Assembly (NCBI GenBank): GCA_025922945.1
Contig: JAICGW010000002.1
Span: forward strand, 1 to 58,412
Direction of reading: 5' to 3'
Source of the DNA: Acidimicrobiia bacterium
GTDB lineage: Bacteria; Actinomycetota; Acidimicrobiia; Spongiisociales; ZC4RG35
Length of the DNA: 58,412 nt
Positions within the stretch are counted from its first letter, which is position 1; every line of letters starts with the position of its first letter. The notes beneath the pieces are model-generated. The model had not been told where the DNA came from and made no database searches. It saw nothing but the letters and a program-made list of their open reading frames with translations. Positions 36,474 through 43,980 of the stretch are shown here, one piece after another. A program made the translations under genes and the position numbers.

Positions 36474-37205
36474 TCAGGGAGTCAACATCTTTTCGACTGC
36501 GTCTCGCAGCGCCAGCGGCGCCTCCAGCGGCACCGCGTGACCAACTCCGTCAAGAATCTGGAGTTCGGCGCCAGCAATCAACTCCGCGAGGCGCTCGGCA
36601 ATCGCCAAGGGCGCCTCGTGGTCCTCCGCCCCCCAAAGCAGAAGAACCGGAAGGTCGAGGGTGGCAAGTTCGTCCTGATACGTCTCGTTGAGAATTCGTA
36701 CCAGGGTCTCTCGCATCACGCCCGTCGCGGCCCGATAGTCCCCCGACCCGTACCGCTGCCGGATCTGCTCCATCCTGGCTTGGGAGATGAGCCCGAGTCG
36801 TGCGGCCCAACGGCTCACCCGGAATAGCAGAGCTGGTTTGCCGGGGGGCGTCAGCCGGAAGAGCGGCGCCCCAGTCAGGACCAAGCCGGTGAACCGATCG
36901 GGATGCATGCTCACCAGGTGCAACGCCACCCTTCCCCCGAAGGAGTGCCCCACCAGAACCGGCCTCTCGCCCAGCTCCTCGAGCAGAGGAGCAAGGATGG
37001 CGGCGTAATCCCGGGAGCCGATGGCCTCCGCCGGAGGCGGTGAGGCCCCGAAACCGGGAAGATCGGGAGCGAGATAGGAGAGTCCCCCCAGAGCGGATCG
37101 GAAGTCGGAGGAACGGCGCCCCCAGCCGTGGAGCGCCAGGACTCTCGGGGCCGAACCGCTCGACTCGGCGAAAACAGCTCCGCCGGCATAGGCCCTTAGC
37201 GCCAT
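36474..37205 (-). CDS. alpha/beta-fold hydrolase
   Basis: 'LALHGWGRRSSDF', nucleophile elbow 'GHSFGG', C-terminal 'GVGHAVPLE'. ATG 37205 was chosen over the track start 37289. Confidence 0.8.
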   Translation of the reverse strand: MALRAYAGGAVFAESSGSAPRVLALHGWGRRSSDFRSALGGLSYLAPDLPGFGASPPPAEAIGSRDYAAILAPLLEELGERPVLVGHSFGGRVALHLVSMHPDRFTGLVLTGAPLFRLTPPGKPALLFRVSRWAARLGLISQARMEQIRQRYGSGDYRAATGVMRETLVRILNETYQDELATLDLPVLLLWGAEDHEAPLAIAERLAELIAGAELQILDGVGHAVPLEAPLALRDAVEKMLTP

Positions 37206-37279
37206 GCGGAGATACTCAATGCCGGGCGCACAGCAGTCGAGAATAATTGTGATCACTTCCTCAACCCCTGGATGGCCTG

Positions 37280-39088
37280 GTGCCAACACTGACAGCTGAC
37301 ATTGCGCCGCTGTGGCGTTTTCGTGCTGCCGCCATGCGCCGGGCAGTGGCGCTGACCTGGGTTGTGCTGGCCATCCTCGCTGCTCAGGCGGTCAGACAGT
37401 GGGAAGAGAACTTCGACGAGCTCGGGTTCGCCATCGCGGTGGTGGTCATGGCCCTGGTGCTTCTGGCTTCCTCCCTGATCGACTGGTACCGGGTCATGCC
37501 CACCCATCGCGGCCCCTGGGCCACCCTCGGCTGGACCGCCAGCATCAGCCTCTGTCTGGTGGTCGTCGGCACTCAGCCCGGCATGGAAACGCTCACCCCT
37601 CCGATGTTCTTCGGGGTCGTGGCCCTGTCTGGTCTGGTCCTCGATCGTTTCAAACACGTTCTCATCACGATCCTCGCGGTGGCCTCCCTGGCATTTCTGG
37701 CCTTCACGTCGAACCAGCCGCTCAACCTCGCCTCGCTCCTGGTCCAGACCTTCTCTGTCATCGTCGTTGCTACCGCCACCGCCCTGATGGGCTATGAGTT
37801 CGAACAAGAGTCGACTCGGAGCGCCCGCCGTCTCACCGATCTCCAACGCCAACGGGCCGACTTCGAACGTCTTTACGCCGTGTCGGCGACCCTGGCCGGA
37901 GCGGAATCGCTCTCCGAGGTATTGCCCGAGCTGGTGGGACGAATCTGCACCTATCTCAATGCGCAGGTGGGAGTGGTCATGCTCTACGTCCCCGACTCCC
38001 ACGAGCTCAAGCTCATGGATCCCATCTGGGTCACGGGCTACCCGCTCGAAGCTGGCGACGTCTCCGTCTCGGTAAGCGCCGGTGGTGTCCTCTCCCAGGT
38101 GTTCAAATCAGGAAAGCCCGTGCTCTTGGATCAGATCGCCGAGCGCTCCGATAGCTATGGGATCCTCGGTGATCTGGGGTTGAAGGAGGCAATGGTCGCT
38201 CCCCTGCGGGTGGAGCAGTTCAAAGTGGGAGTCATCGCCGTGGGTGATCCGGTGGACGGTTCCTTTGGACGGGATCAACTTGAAGCCCTTTCCTCGCTCG
38301 GCGCTCCGGCCGCCCTCGTGCTCTCCCAGCTTGGTCGCTATGAGGCCGTCGCCGAGATGACCAGGCGGCTTGAAGAAGTCGCCCAGATGAAGACCGACTT
38401 CGTGTCTGTCGTCAGTCACGAACTTCGAACGCCGCTCACCTCGATCATCGGCTCACTTGACACCGTTGCCCGCCCCGAGCTCGCGCCCCAGGCGGAAACC
38501 GCCCGCAACCTCCTCAATACCGCCCGCCGTCAGGCAGGTCGCCTGCAGCGTTTGATCGAGGATCTCTTGATTGTCAGCCGCCTGGAGAGAAACGCCGTTC
38601 CCATCCAGCTGGAGAAGGTCGTCCTTGAGAAGTTCCTTTCCGAGCTGGCCGCCACGCTGCAGATTCCCGACCTCAGTATCGAAGTGATGCCGGCCGATCT
38701 CACCGTCCTCTCCGATCCCGATCACCTCAACCGCATCTTTTTGAACCTGTTGGAGAACGCCATCAAGTACGCCCCCAGCAGCCCGGTGGAGGTGCGGGCG
38801 GCCGCCAGGGGAAATCGGGTGGAAGTGGCGGTGAGCGATCACGGAGCGGGGATTCCGTCCGACATGCGGGAAAGGATCTTCCACCGCTTTACCCAGCTCG
38901 AGGGCTCGGCGACCCGCACGCGCGGCGGGACCGGCCTCGGGCTCAACATCGTGAAGGGACTGGCCGAGGCGATGCACGGAAGCGTGGAACTCATCGACAC
39001 GCCGGGAGGGGGAGCCACCTTCGTCGTCAGTCTTCCGCTCTCGGAGCCCGCACCCGCCCTGGCGTACCCTCGCTACTCGGTGGGCTGA
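37280..39088 (+). CDS. membrane GAF-domain sensor histidine kinase (no adjacent response regulator)
   Basis: About 5 TM helices, a GAF-like region, H-box 'SHELRTPLTSIIG', N-box 'LLENAIKYAP', G-boxes 'DHGAGIP' and 'GGTGLGLNIVKG'. ATG 37334 is an alternative start. Confidence 0.88.
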   Translation: MPTLTADIAPLWRFRAAAMRRAVALTWVVLAILAAQAVRQWEENFDELGFAIAVVVMALVLLASSLIDWYRVMPTHRGPWATLGWTASISLCLVVVGTQPGMETLTPPMFFGVVALSGLVLDRFKHVLITILAVASLAFLAFTSNQPLNLASLLVQTFSVIVVATATALMGYEFEQESTRSARRLTDLQRQRADFERLYAVSATLAGAESLSEVLPELVGRICTYLNAQVGVVMLYVPDSHELKLMDPIWVTGYPLEAGDVSVSVSAGGVLSQVFKSGKPVLLDQIAERSDSYGILGDLGLKEAMVAPLRVEQFKVGVIAVGDPVDGSFGRDQLEALSSLGAPAALVLSQLGRYEAVAEMTRRLEEVAQMKTDFVSVVSHELRTPLTSIIGSLDTVARPELAPQAETARNLLNTARRQAGRLQRLIEDLLIVSRLERNAVPIQLEKVVLEKFLSELAATLQIPDLSIEVMPADLTVLSDPDHLNRIFLNLLENAIKYAPSSPVEVRAAARGNRVEVAVSDHGAGIPSDMRERIFHRFTQLEGSATRTRGGTGLGLNIVKGLAEAMHGSVELIDTPGGGATFVVSLPLSEPAPALAYPRYSVG

Positions 39089-39873
39089 GGCTCCTCCTCG
39101 GCGGGAGCCGAGATGGCATGGAATCCGCCATCGACATGGATCACCTCGCCGGTGGTGAGGGGCGCCCAATCCGATAGCAGGACGCAAATCATCTTGGCGA
39201 CTGCGAGGGGGTTGGTTGAGTCCCAACGCAGCGGTGCTCGCTCTGACCAGGTGTCATGCAGGTGGTCGAAGCCCGGGATCGATCGAGCCGCCACGGTCCG
39301 TAGCGGTCCGGCTGAGACCAGGTTGACCCGGATCTGGTATCGGCCCAGATCCCGGGCCAGATAGCGGCTGACCGATTGCAACGCCGATTTGGCGACGCCC
39401 ATCCAGTCGTAAGCCGGCCAGGCGGTGGTGTTGTCGAAGTCGAGACCGACGACCGATCCCCCGCCGGCCTTCTGCATTAGCGGCAGGGCCCCCACCGCCA
39501 AGGTCTTGAGCGAGAAAGCCGAGGTGACAAAGGCTGTCGCCGCCGACTCCTGAGGAGTATTGAGGAAGTTGCCACCGAGGGCATCGCTCGGTGCAAAGGC
39601 GATCGCATGCAGTGCGCCATCGAGTTTCCCCCAACGGCTGTCGAGATCAGCCATGACGGCGGCGACGTGATCGTCGTTGGTGATGTCCATCTCCAGCACC
39701 GGCGGGAGGCTGGGGAGCCTTTGCACGGCTCGTTCCGTCAATCGCAGCGCCCGACCGAAATTGGTGACCACGATCTCGGCACCCTGTTCCTGGGCCACCT
39801 TGGCCGCTGAGAAGGCAATCGAATCATCAGTGGTGATCCCGGTGATGAGAAGTCTCTTGCCCTCTAACAGCAT
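39073..39873 (-). CDS. fabI: enoyl-ACP reductase, InhA/FabI type
   Basis: 266 aa. Similar along its length to my recollection of M. tuberculosis InhA ('GKRLLITGITTDDSIAF..AKVAQEQGAEIV', 'AYDWMGVAKSALQSV', 'LLSDW'). Confidence 0.92.
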   Translation of the reverse strand: MLLEGKRLLITGITTDDSIAFSAAKVAQEQGAEIVVTNFGRALRLTERAVQRLPSLPPVLEMDITNDDHVAAVMADLDSRWGKLDGALHAIAFAPSDALGGNFLNTPQESAATAFVTSAFSLKTLAVGALPLMQKAGGGSVVGLDFDNTTAWPAYDWMGVAKSALQSVSRYLARDLGRYQIRVNLVSAGPLRTVAARSIPGFDHLHDTWSERAPLRWDSTNPLAVAKMICVLLSDWAPLTTGEVIHVDGGFHAISAPAEEEPQPTE

Positions 39874-39886
39874 TGCGATCTCCCGA

Positions 39887-40252
39887 TTAGAAGTTGCCGC
39901 CGAATGCCATGATGCCTCGCAAACCGAGCCCCATGAGGAAAAGCATCAGCAAGCCGTAGTAGAGGGCGGGTTTCTTGCGGAACTGCGATCGATAGATATA
40001 GGCGAAGGCCAGCGTGAACGAAATCACCACTCCATAAAAAACGTGCTGGTTCCCCGGGTCGATGCCTTCGAAGTTCATCGCCATCAGCCCGAGGATCACT
40101 TGCACCGCCATCACGCCAATTCCCAATGCGACAACTAACCAGAACGGACGACCCACCTGCCGCCGGGCGAGATGCCATCCGATGCTCCCAAGACCGATCA
40201 GTCCGGTGAACGCCACTGCCACCCATCCCCAAATCGAATGAAAGCTGCCCAA
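39887..40252 (-). CDS. hypothetical 4-TM membrane protein
   Basis: 121 aa with four hydrophobic segments. Same strand and tight spacing with fabI and fadD. No family recognised. Confidence 0.5.
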   Translation of the reverse strand: MGSFHSIWGWVAVAFTGLIGLGSIGWHLARRQVGRPFWLVVALGIGVMAVQVILGLMAMNFEGIDPGNQHVFYGVVISFTLAFAYIYRSQFRKKPALYYGLLMLFLMGLGLRGIMAFGGNF

Positions 40253-40278
40253 TATGCTTGCGGCCGTCTAGCGGATCT

Positions 40279-41895
40279 CTACTGATCCAGCAAGAGATCT
40301 GCGTATTGGTCGCGGACCACTTTCTTGTCGAACTTGCCGGTGCCCGTCTTGGGTATGGCGTCGACGAAGACGACGGTGTCGGGGAGCCACCACTTCGCCA
40401 CCTTGTCGCTCAAGAACTCGAGCAATTCAGCTTCGGTGGCGCTGGCGTTGGGCCGCAGCACGACGAATGCCGCGGGTCGCTCTTGCCACTTCTGGTGCTT
40501 CAGCCCTACCACTGTCGCCTCAGCCACGGCGGGGTGAGCCATCAAGGTGTTTTCGAGATCGAGTGAGGAGATCCATTCCCCACCCGATTTGATGACATCC
40601 TTCGCCCGGTCAGTGATCTTGATATATCCCTCGGGAGTGATCTTGCAGACGTCGCCGGTCCGCATCCAGCCGTCCTGGAAGGTTTGGGACGAACGCGAAT
40701 CCTTGTAGTACTCAGCCGCGATCCAGGGGCCTCGGATCAGAAGCTCGCCGAATGCGTCCCCATCCTGAGGAAGTTCGTTGCCTTCTTCATCGACGATCTT
40801 CACCTGGAGCCCCGGCGACGGCAACCCCGCGGTCTCGAGTACGTCGAGTTGTCGCTCGAAGTCCCACTTGGCCATTCCCGGTTTGAGCAGCGCAATCGAG
40901 GCGACCGGGTTGGTCTCGGTCATGCCCCATCCCTGTTTGATGAGGATGCCGCGCTCCTTCCAGAACCAATCGATCATCGAGCGGGGCACGGCGGAGCCGC
41001 CGCAGAGAAAACCCTTCATCGAGCTCATGTCCGCCTCGGGGTGCTCGGCCAGGTATTGCATGATTCCGAGCCAAACGGTGGGGACGCCGGCGGAAAAGGT
41101 CACCCGCTCCTGTTCGAAGAGCTTCACCAACCCCGCCGGACTGAGATCGGGACCGGGGTAGGTCAGCTTGGCGCCAACCGCGGTGGCCATGAACGGATAG
41201 CCCCAGGCGGAGGCATGAAACATCGGGACCACCGGCAGGATGTTGTCCTCCGGAGTGAGGGAAACCGCAGCCAGGTTGGAGATGGCATGGATGTACGTCG
41301 AGCGTTGCGTGTATGCGACGCCTTTCGGGTTACCCGTGGTCCCCGAGGTGTAGCACAGCATCATCGGCGATCTCTCATCGAGGACCGGCCACTCCCCCCA
41401 TTCGGTCACTCCCTCGATCAGTTCTTCGTAAGCAATCGCGTTGGGGAGGTTTACTCCGTCGGCGCTCTCGCCCATGACCACGTACGTCTTCACCGTCCCG
41501 AGGTTTGGCGCCACCTTCTCGATCAGGGGCACCAGATCGGGATCAACGAAGAGTGCCCTGTCCTCGGCATGGTTGATGATGTAGGTGATCTGTTCGGGGA
41601 ACAGCCGGAGGTTGACCGTGTGACATATGCGACCCGAATTGGCTGTCGCCCAATAAAGCTCGTGGTGACGGCGGTTGTTCCAAGCGAAGGTGGCGATCGC
41701 CTCCCCCTGGTCGATTCCCAATCGATCGCGGAGGGCCGTCGCCAGGCGTCGAACCCGGTGGTCCACCTCTCCGTAGTTGGTGCGGACCAGGCTCCGATCA
41801 GATTCCACCGAGACGATCTCCTGGTTCGGAAAGATGCGAACCGTCCGGTCGTAGAGGGTCGAAAGCAGAAGCGGGAAGTCCATCGAGTGAGGCAT
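40279..41895 (-). CDS. fadD: long-chain fatty-acid--CoA ligase
   Basis: 538 aa. AMP-binding motifs '[12 protein letters not shown]', 'GWGMTET', 'TGDV' and 'GKFDKK'. Confidence 0.9.
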   Translation of the reverse strand: MPHSMDFPLLLSTLYDRTVRIFPNQEIVSVESDRSLVRTNYGEVDHRVRRLATALRDRLGIDQGEAIATFAWNNRRHHELYWATANSGRICHTVNLRLFPEQITYIINHAEDRALFVDPDLVPLIEKVAPNLGTVKTYVVMGESADGVNLPNAIAYEELIEGVTEWGEWPVLDERSPMMLCYTSGTTGNPKGVAYTQRSTYIHAISNLAAVSLTPEDNILPVVPMFHASAWGYPFMATAVGAKLTYPGPDLSPAGLVKLFEQERVTFSAGVPTVWLGIMQYLAEHPEADMSSMKGFLCGGSAVPRSMIDWFWKERGILIKQGWGMTETNPVASIALLKPGMAKWDFERQLDVLETAGLPSPGLQVKIVDEEGNELPQDGDAFGELLIRGPWIAAEYYKDSRSSQTFQDGWMRTGDVCKITPEGYIKITDRAKDVIKSGGEWISSLDLENTLMAHPAVAEATVVGLKHQKWQERPAAFVVLRPNASATEAELLEFLSDKVAKWWLPDTVVFVDAIPKTGTGKFDKKVVRDQYADLLLDQ

Positions 41896-41900
41896 GGTGT

Positions 41901-42512
41901 TTATCCTCCGGCGCCGCCGAGCAGGGCCTGCTTCTCCCGGTTGTACTCGTCGTCGGAGAGCTTGCCCTCATCATGGAGGCGGGAGAGGATCTGGAGCTGC
42001 TCGGCTTTCGACACTCCCGTCCCACCTCGTTCGAGGCTGAACATGCGGTCCTCACGGGCTCTGTAAATGAGGTTCTTCATGTCCTCCGCCCGCGGAATAT
42101 CTCGGTAGATGGTTTGTCCTTGTTCACCGGCCGATTCGATCATCACATCGCCGCTGCTAACCATCCGCTCGAAGGCAGTTTGATGGAAGGAAACGGTGTT
42201 GATCATCTCCAGCGGTATCTCTTTGCCGGATTTGGAGATGAATCCCGACCGATGAATCACGCGCTCGTTGGTGATGACATGTTCGGTCGTCCACCAATTG
42301 ATCACGCCGCGGATGGTGAAGATAACCCAGAGGACGCCTACCACCAACGGGCCCCATGTCGCTAACGCTCCACTGGTGAAGAAGGCGAGGAAGACAATTA
42401 TCACCAAGGCCAAGAGCGAGATGCCGAGCGGTCCGATGATCGCGGTCCAGTGGGGTTTGAACTCGGCGACGACTTCCTCGCCAGGACTGAGAAGTTTCTT
42501 GGGATAGGCCAC
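41901..42512 (-). CDS. bacterial PH (YdbS/T-like) membrane protein with C-terminal SHOCT domain
   Basis: 203 aa. 'LSPGEEVVAEFKPHW', two TM helices, a PH-like region, C-terminal 'LSRLHDEGKLSDDEYNREKQALL' (SHOCT pattern). GTG start. Confidence 0.72.
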   Translation of the reverse strand: MAYPKKLLSPGEEVVAEFKPHWTAIIGPLGISLLALVIIVFLAFFTSGALATWGPLVVGVLWVIFTIRGVINWWTTEHVITNERVIHRSGFISKSGKEIPLEMINTVSFHQTAFERMVSSGDVMIESAGEQGQTIYRDIPRAEDMKNLIYRAREDRMFSLERGGTGVSKAEQLQILSRLHDEGKLSDDEYNREKQALLGGAGG

Positions 42513-42550
42513 GAACCGGGAGGCTAGCTCCGGGTCCTGTTCGGTTGCCT

Positions 42551-42626
42551 CGCGAAAACAAAGCAGTCATCGCGAAAACGAACCAGGGGGTTGGTCTTGA
42601 CGCATCGACTTGGGCTGCATTATGTT
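42551..42626 (+). promoter_or_regulatory. module A: two CGCGAAAA boxes + putative -35/-10 promoter
   Basis: CGCGAAAA at 42551-42558 and 42571-42578 (20-nt spacing). TTGACG 42597-42602, 18-nt spacer, TATGTT 42621-42626. Confidence 0.4.
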
Positions 42627-42632
42627 GCCGCC

Positions 42633-42797
42633 GTCCGATAGACAGTTTTCTGTAGATCGGATGTGCGAGAGCCTTCGGGCTGTCGCAGAAGTCCTTCCTG
42701 GACAGGGGACCTTCGGGTCGTCGAGTCCACAAGGAAAGACCAGAAGGGCCCCGAGAGGGTGGAGATTCGTCGAAGCTCCCTCGGGGCTTCTTCTTTG
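42633..42797 (+). ncRNA. candidate structured small RNA A (unclassified)
   Basis: Lies between putative promoter A and terminator A. Contains two hairpins with cUUCGg loops (gagCC-UUCG-GGcug and gACC-UUCG-GGUc) and a ccgat/acag hairpin. No credible ORF. Confidence 0.3.
42748..42797 (+). terminator. hairpin + T-rich tail (module A)
   Basis: GCCCCGAG (42748-42755) pairs with CTCGGGGC (42780-42787), followed by TTCTTCTTTG. Confidence 0.45.
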
Positions 42798-42809
42798 CTC
42801 AGGCTGCTT

Positions 42810-42884
42810 CGCGAAAAGCAATCAGGAACCGCGAAAAATAAGGCAGCTCTGAATTTGACTCGCGGCTGGTCCGTCGAATACGTT
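42810..42884 (+). promoter_or_regulatory. module B: two CGCGAAAA boxes + putative -35/-10 promoter
   Basis: CGCGAAAA at 42810-42817 and 42830-42837 (20-nt spacing). TTGACT 42855-42860, 18-nt spacer, TACGTT 42879-42884. Same geometry as module A, offset about 259 bp. Confidence 0.4.
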
Positions 42885-42890
42885 GCCCCC

Positions 42891-43046
42891 CGTCAGGCAG
42901 GAGGTGACTCCAGCCGGACCCCGAGAAGCCGAGAGGCTTGGAGGGAAGCGAAAGAGGGAACGAATTTCGGTTCGGAGCCTCGATCGCAGAGGACCCCGAG
43001 AGGGTACGAGCTCGTCTCGCAGCTCTCTCGGGGTTTTCTCATTGTT
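42891..43046 (+). ncRNA. candidate structured small RNA or 5' leader B (unclassified)
   Basis: Lies between putative promoter B and terminator B. GNRA hairpin AAGCC-GAGA-GGCUU (42926-42939). GGACCCCGAGA occurs at 42916 and again in the terminator arm at 42991. Confidence 0.3.
42993..43046 (+). terminator. Rho-independent terminator (module B)
   Basis: Perfect 10-bp stem ACCCCGAGAG (42993-43002) / CTCTCGGGGT (43025-43034), followed by TTTCTCATTGTT. No upstream + strand CDS to terminate. Confidence 0.6.
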
Positions 43047-43112
43047 CGAGGTTTCCGATATCTGAAATCTGACGTCTGATGGACAAATCTCATTCGTGTC
43101 ATTCCCTTCTCG

Positions 43113-43118
43113 TATAGT
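43113..43118 (+). promoter_or_regulatory. -10 hexamer positioned for a leaderless transcript of the nuclease gene
   Basis: TATAGT lies 7 nt upstream of ATG 43126. There is no Shine-Dalgarno in between. Confidence 0.35.
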
Positions 43119-43125
43119 CGGGGCC

Positions 43126-43905
43126 ATGACGTTGGAGACGCTGTCGCCCAGTCGAGCTGGAGACTTCAAGGCCTGTCCCCAGCTATTCCGTTTCCGGGCG
43201 ATCGATCACCTTCCGGAACCGACTTCACCCCAGCAGGCCCGCGGTACCACCGCCCATCTGGCCCTGCAACGGTTCTACGAACTGGCTCGCACCGAGCGCT
43301 CACCCGAGCGTCTCTTCGACCTGTTTCGCGAGGCCTGGGGCGAGCTGCGAAACGAAGAGGAGTTCGCCGGGCTTTTTGCATCGCTCGACGAAGAACGAGC
43401 CTGGGGCGTCGACTCGATGACCCTTCTGGCCAACTATTTCCAGCTCGAGAACCCCGAAACCTTCGATCCCCTGGAGAGGGAACTCGACCTGTTGGAGCCG
43501 GTGGGCGAGGGCATGATGATCCGCGGCATCCTCGACCGGGTTGATCGACGTCCTGACGGTCGTATCGTCATCACCGACTACAAGACAGGCTCCGCTCCTC
43601 CGGAGACCTATTCCATCCCGGCCTTCTTCGCCCTCAAGATCTATGCCTTGTTGATCCGCCGGCATTTGGCCGAGACCCCCGCCGAGGTGAGGCTCCTTTA
43701 CCTCAACGGCCCGACGATGTATCGGTTCCCGGTCGACGATCGGCAGCTCGATGCGATGGAGAAACAACTTGCCGCCCTCTGGCTCGCCATCAACAGGGCG
43801 ATCGAACGCAACCACTTTCCACCGCGGACGGGCCCCCTTTGTAATTGGTGCTCCTTCCGCTCCATCTGCCCGGCCTGGGAGAATCTGGAACAACTGGCCG
43901 GCTAG
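43126..43905 (+). CDS. RecB-family PD-(D/E)XK exonuclease with Cas4/AddB-type 4-Cys cluster
   Basis: 'LSPSRAGDFKACPQLFRFRAIDHL', 'GILDRVD....IVITDYKTG', C-terminal 'CNWCSFRSICPAW'. ATG 43126 preferred over GTG 43096. Confidence 0.82.
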   Translation: MTLETLSPSRAGDFKACPQLFRFRAIDHLPEPTSPQQARGTTAHLALQRFYELARTERSPERLFDLFREAWGELRNEEEFAGLFASLDEERAWGVDSMTLLANYFQLENPETFDPLERELDLLEPVGEGMMIRGILDRVDRRPDGRIVITDYKTGSAPPETYSIPAFFALKIYALLIRRHLAETPAEVRLLYLNGPTMYRFPVDDRQLDAMEKQLAALWLAINRAIERNHFPPRTGPLCNWCSFRSICPAWENLEQLAG

Positions 43906-43980
43906 GTCTAAAGACCCTAAAGCCCCCCGACTCGAGGCCGATACCTGCTCCTGGCAAAGGGATGATCCAGCGCTGGCTGG

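Noticed and set aside
40684-42066. 460-aa + strand ORF
   Set aside because: Fully antisense to the well-supported fadD (AMP-ligase motifs). It is Arg/Gly/Pro/His-rich with no family features, a typical high-GC shadow ORF.
42723-42731. DnaA-box-like GAGTCCACA
   Set aside because: It is a single imperfect copy with no cluster of boxes and no AT-rich unwinding element. dnaA and dnaN are not nearby.
42540-43046. Possibility that the structured gap is tmRNA, RNase P RNA, SRP RNA or a known riboswitch
   Set aside because: I found no tRNA-like GGTTCGA..TCC..CCA 3' end or tag ORF (tmRNA), no GAGGAAAGTCCGGGC / ACAGAA CR-I/IV motifs (RNase P), and no GGAAG..AGCAGC helix-8 motif (SRP). I recognised no riboswitch core. 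The duplicated promoter/terminator layout also argues for two short units and against one long RNA. This rests on visual inspection only; a covariance-model scan is still needed.
42610-43079. ORFs 42610-42852, 42663-43079 and 42883-43065 (+), and 42822-43169, 42893-43102, 42567-42821 and 42157-42732 (-) in or entering the large gap
   Set aside because: None has a Shine-Dalgarno or shows third-position GC bias. They read through strong hairpins or terminators, have Arg/Ser/Gly-rich composition, and overlap one another in several frames.
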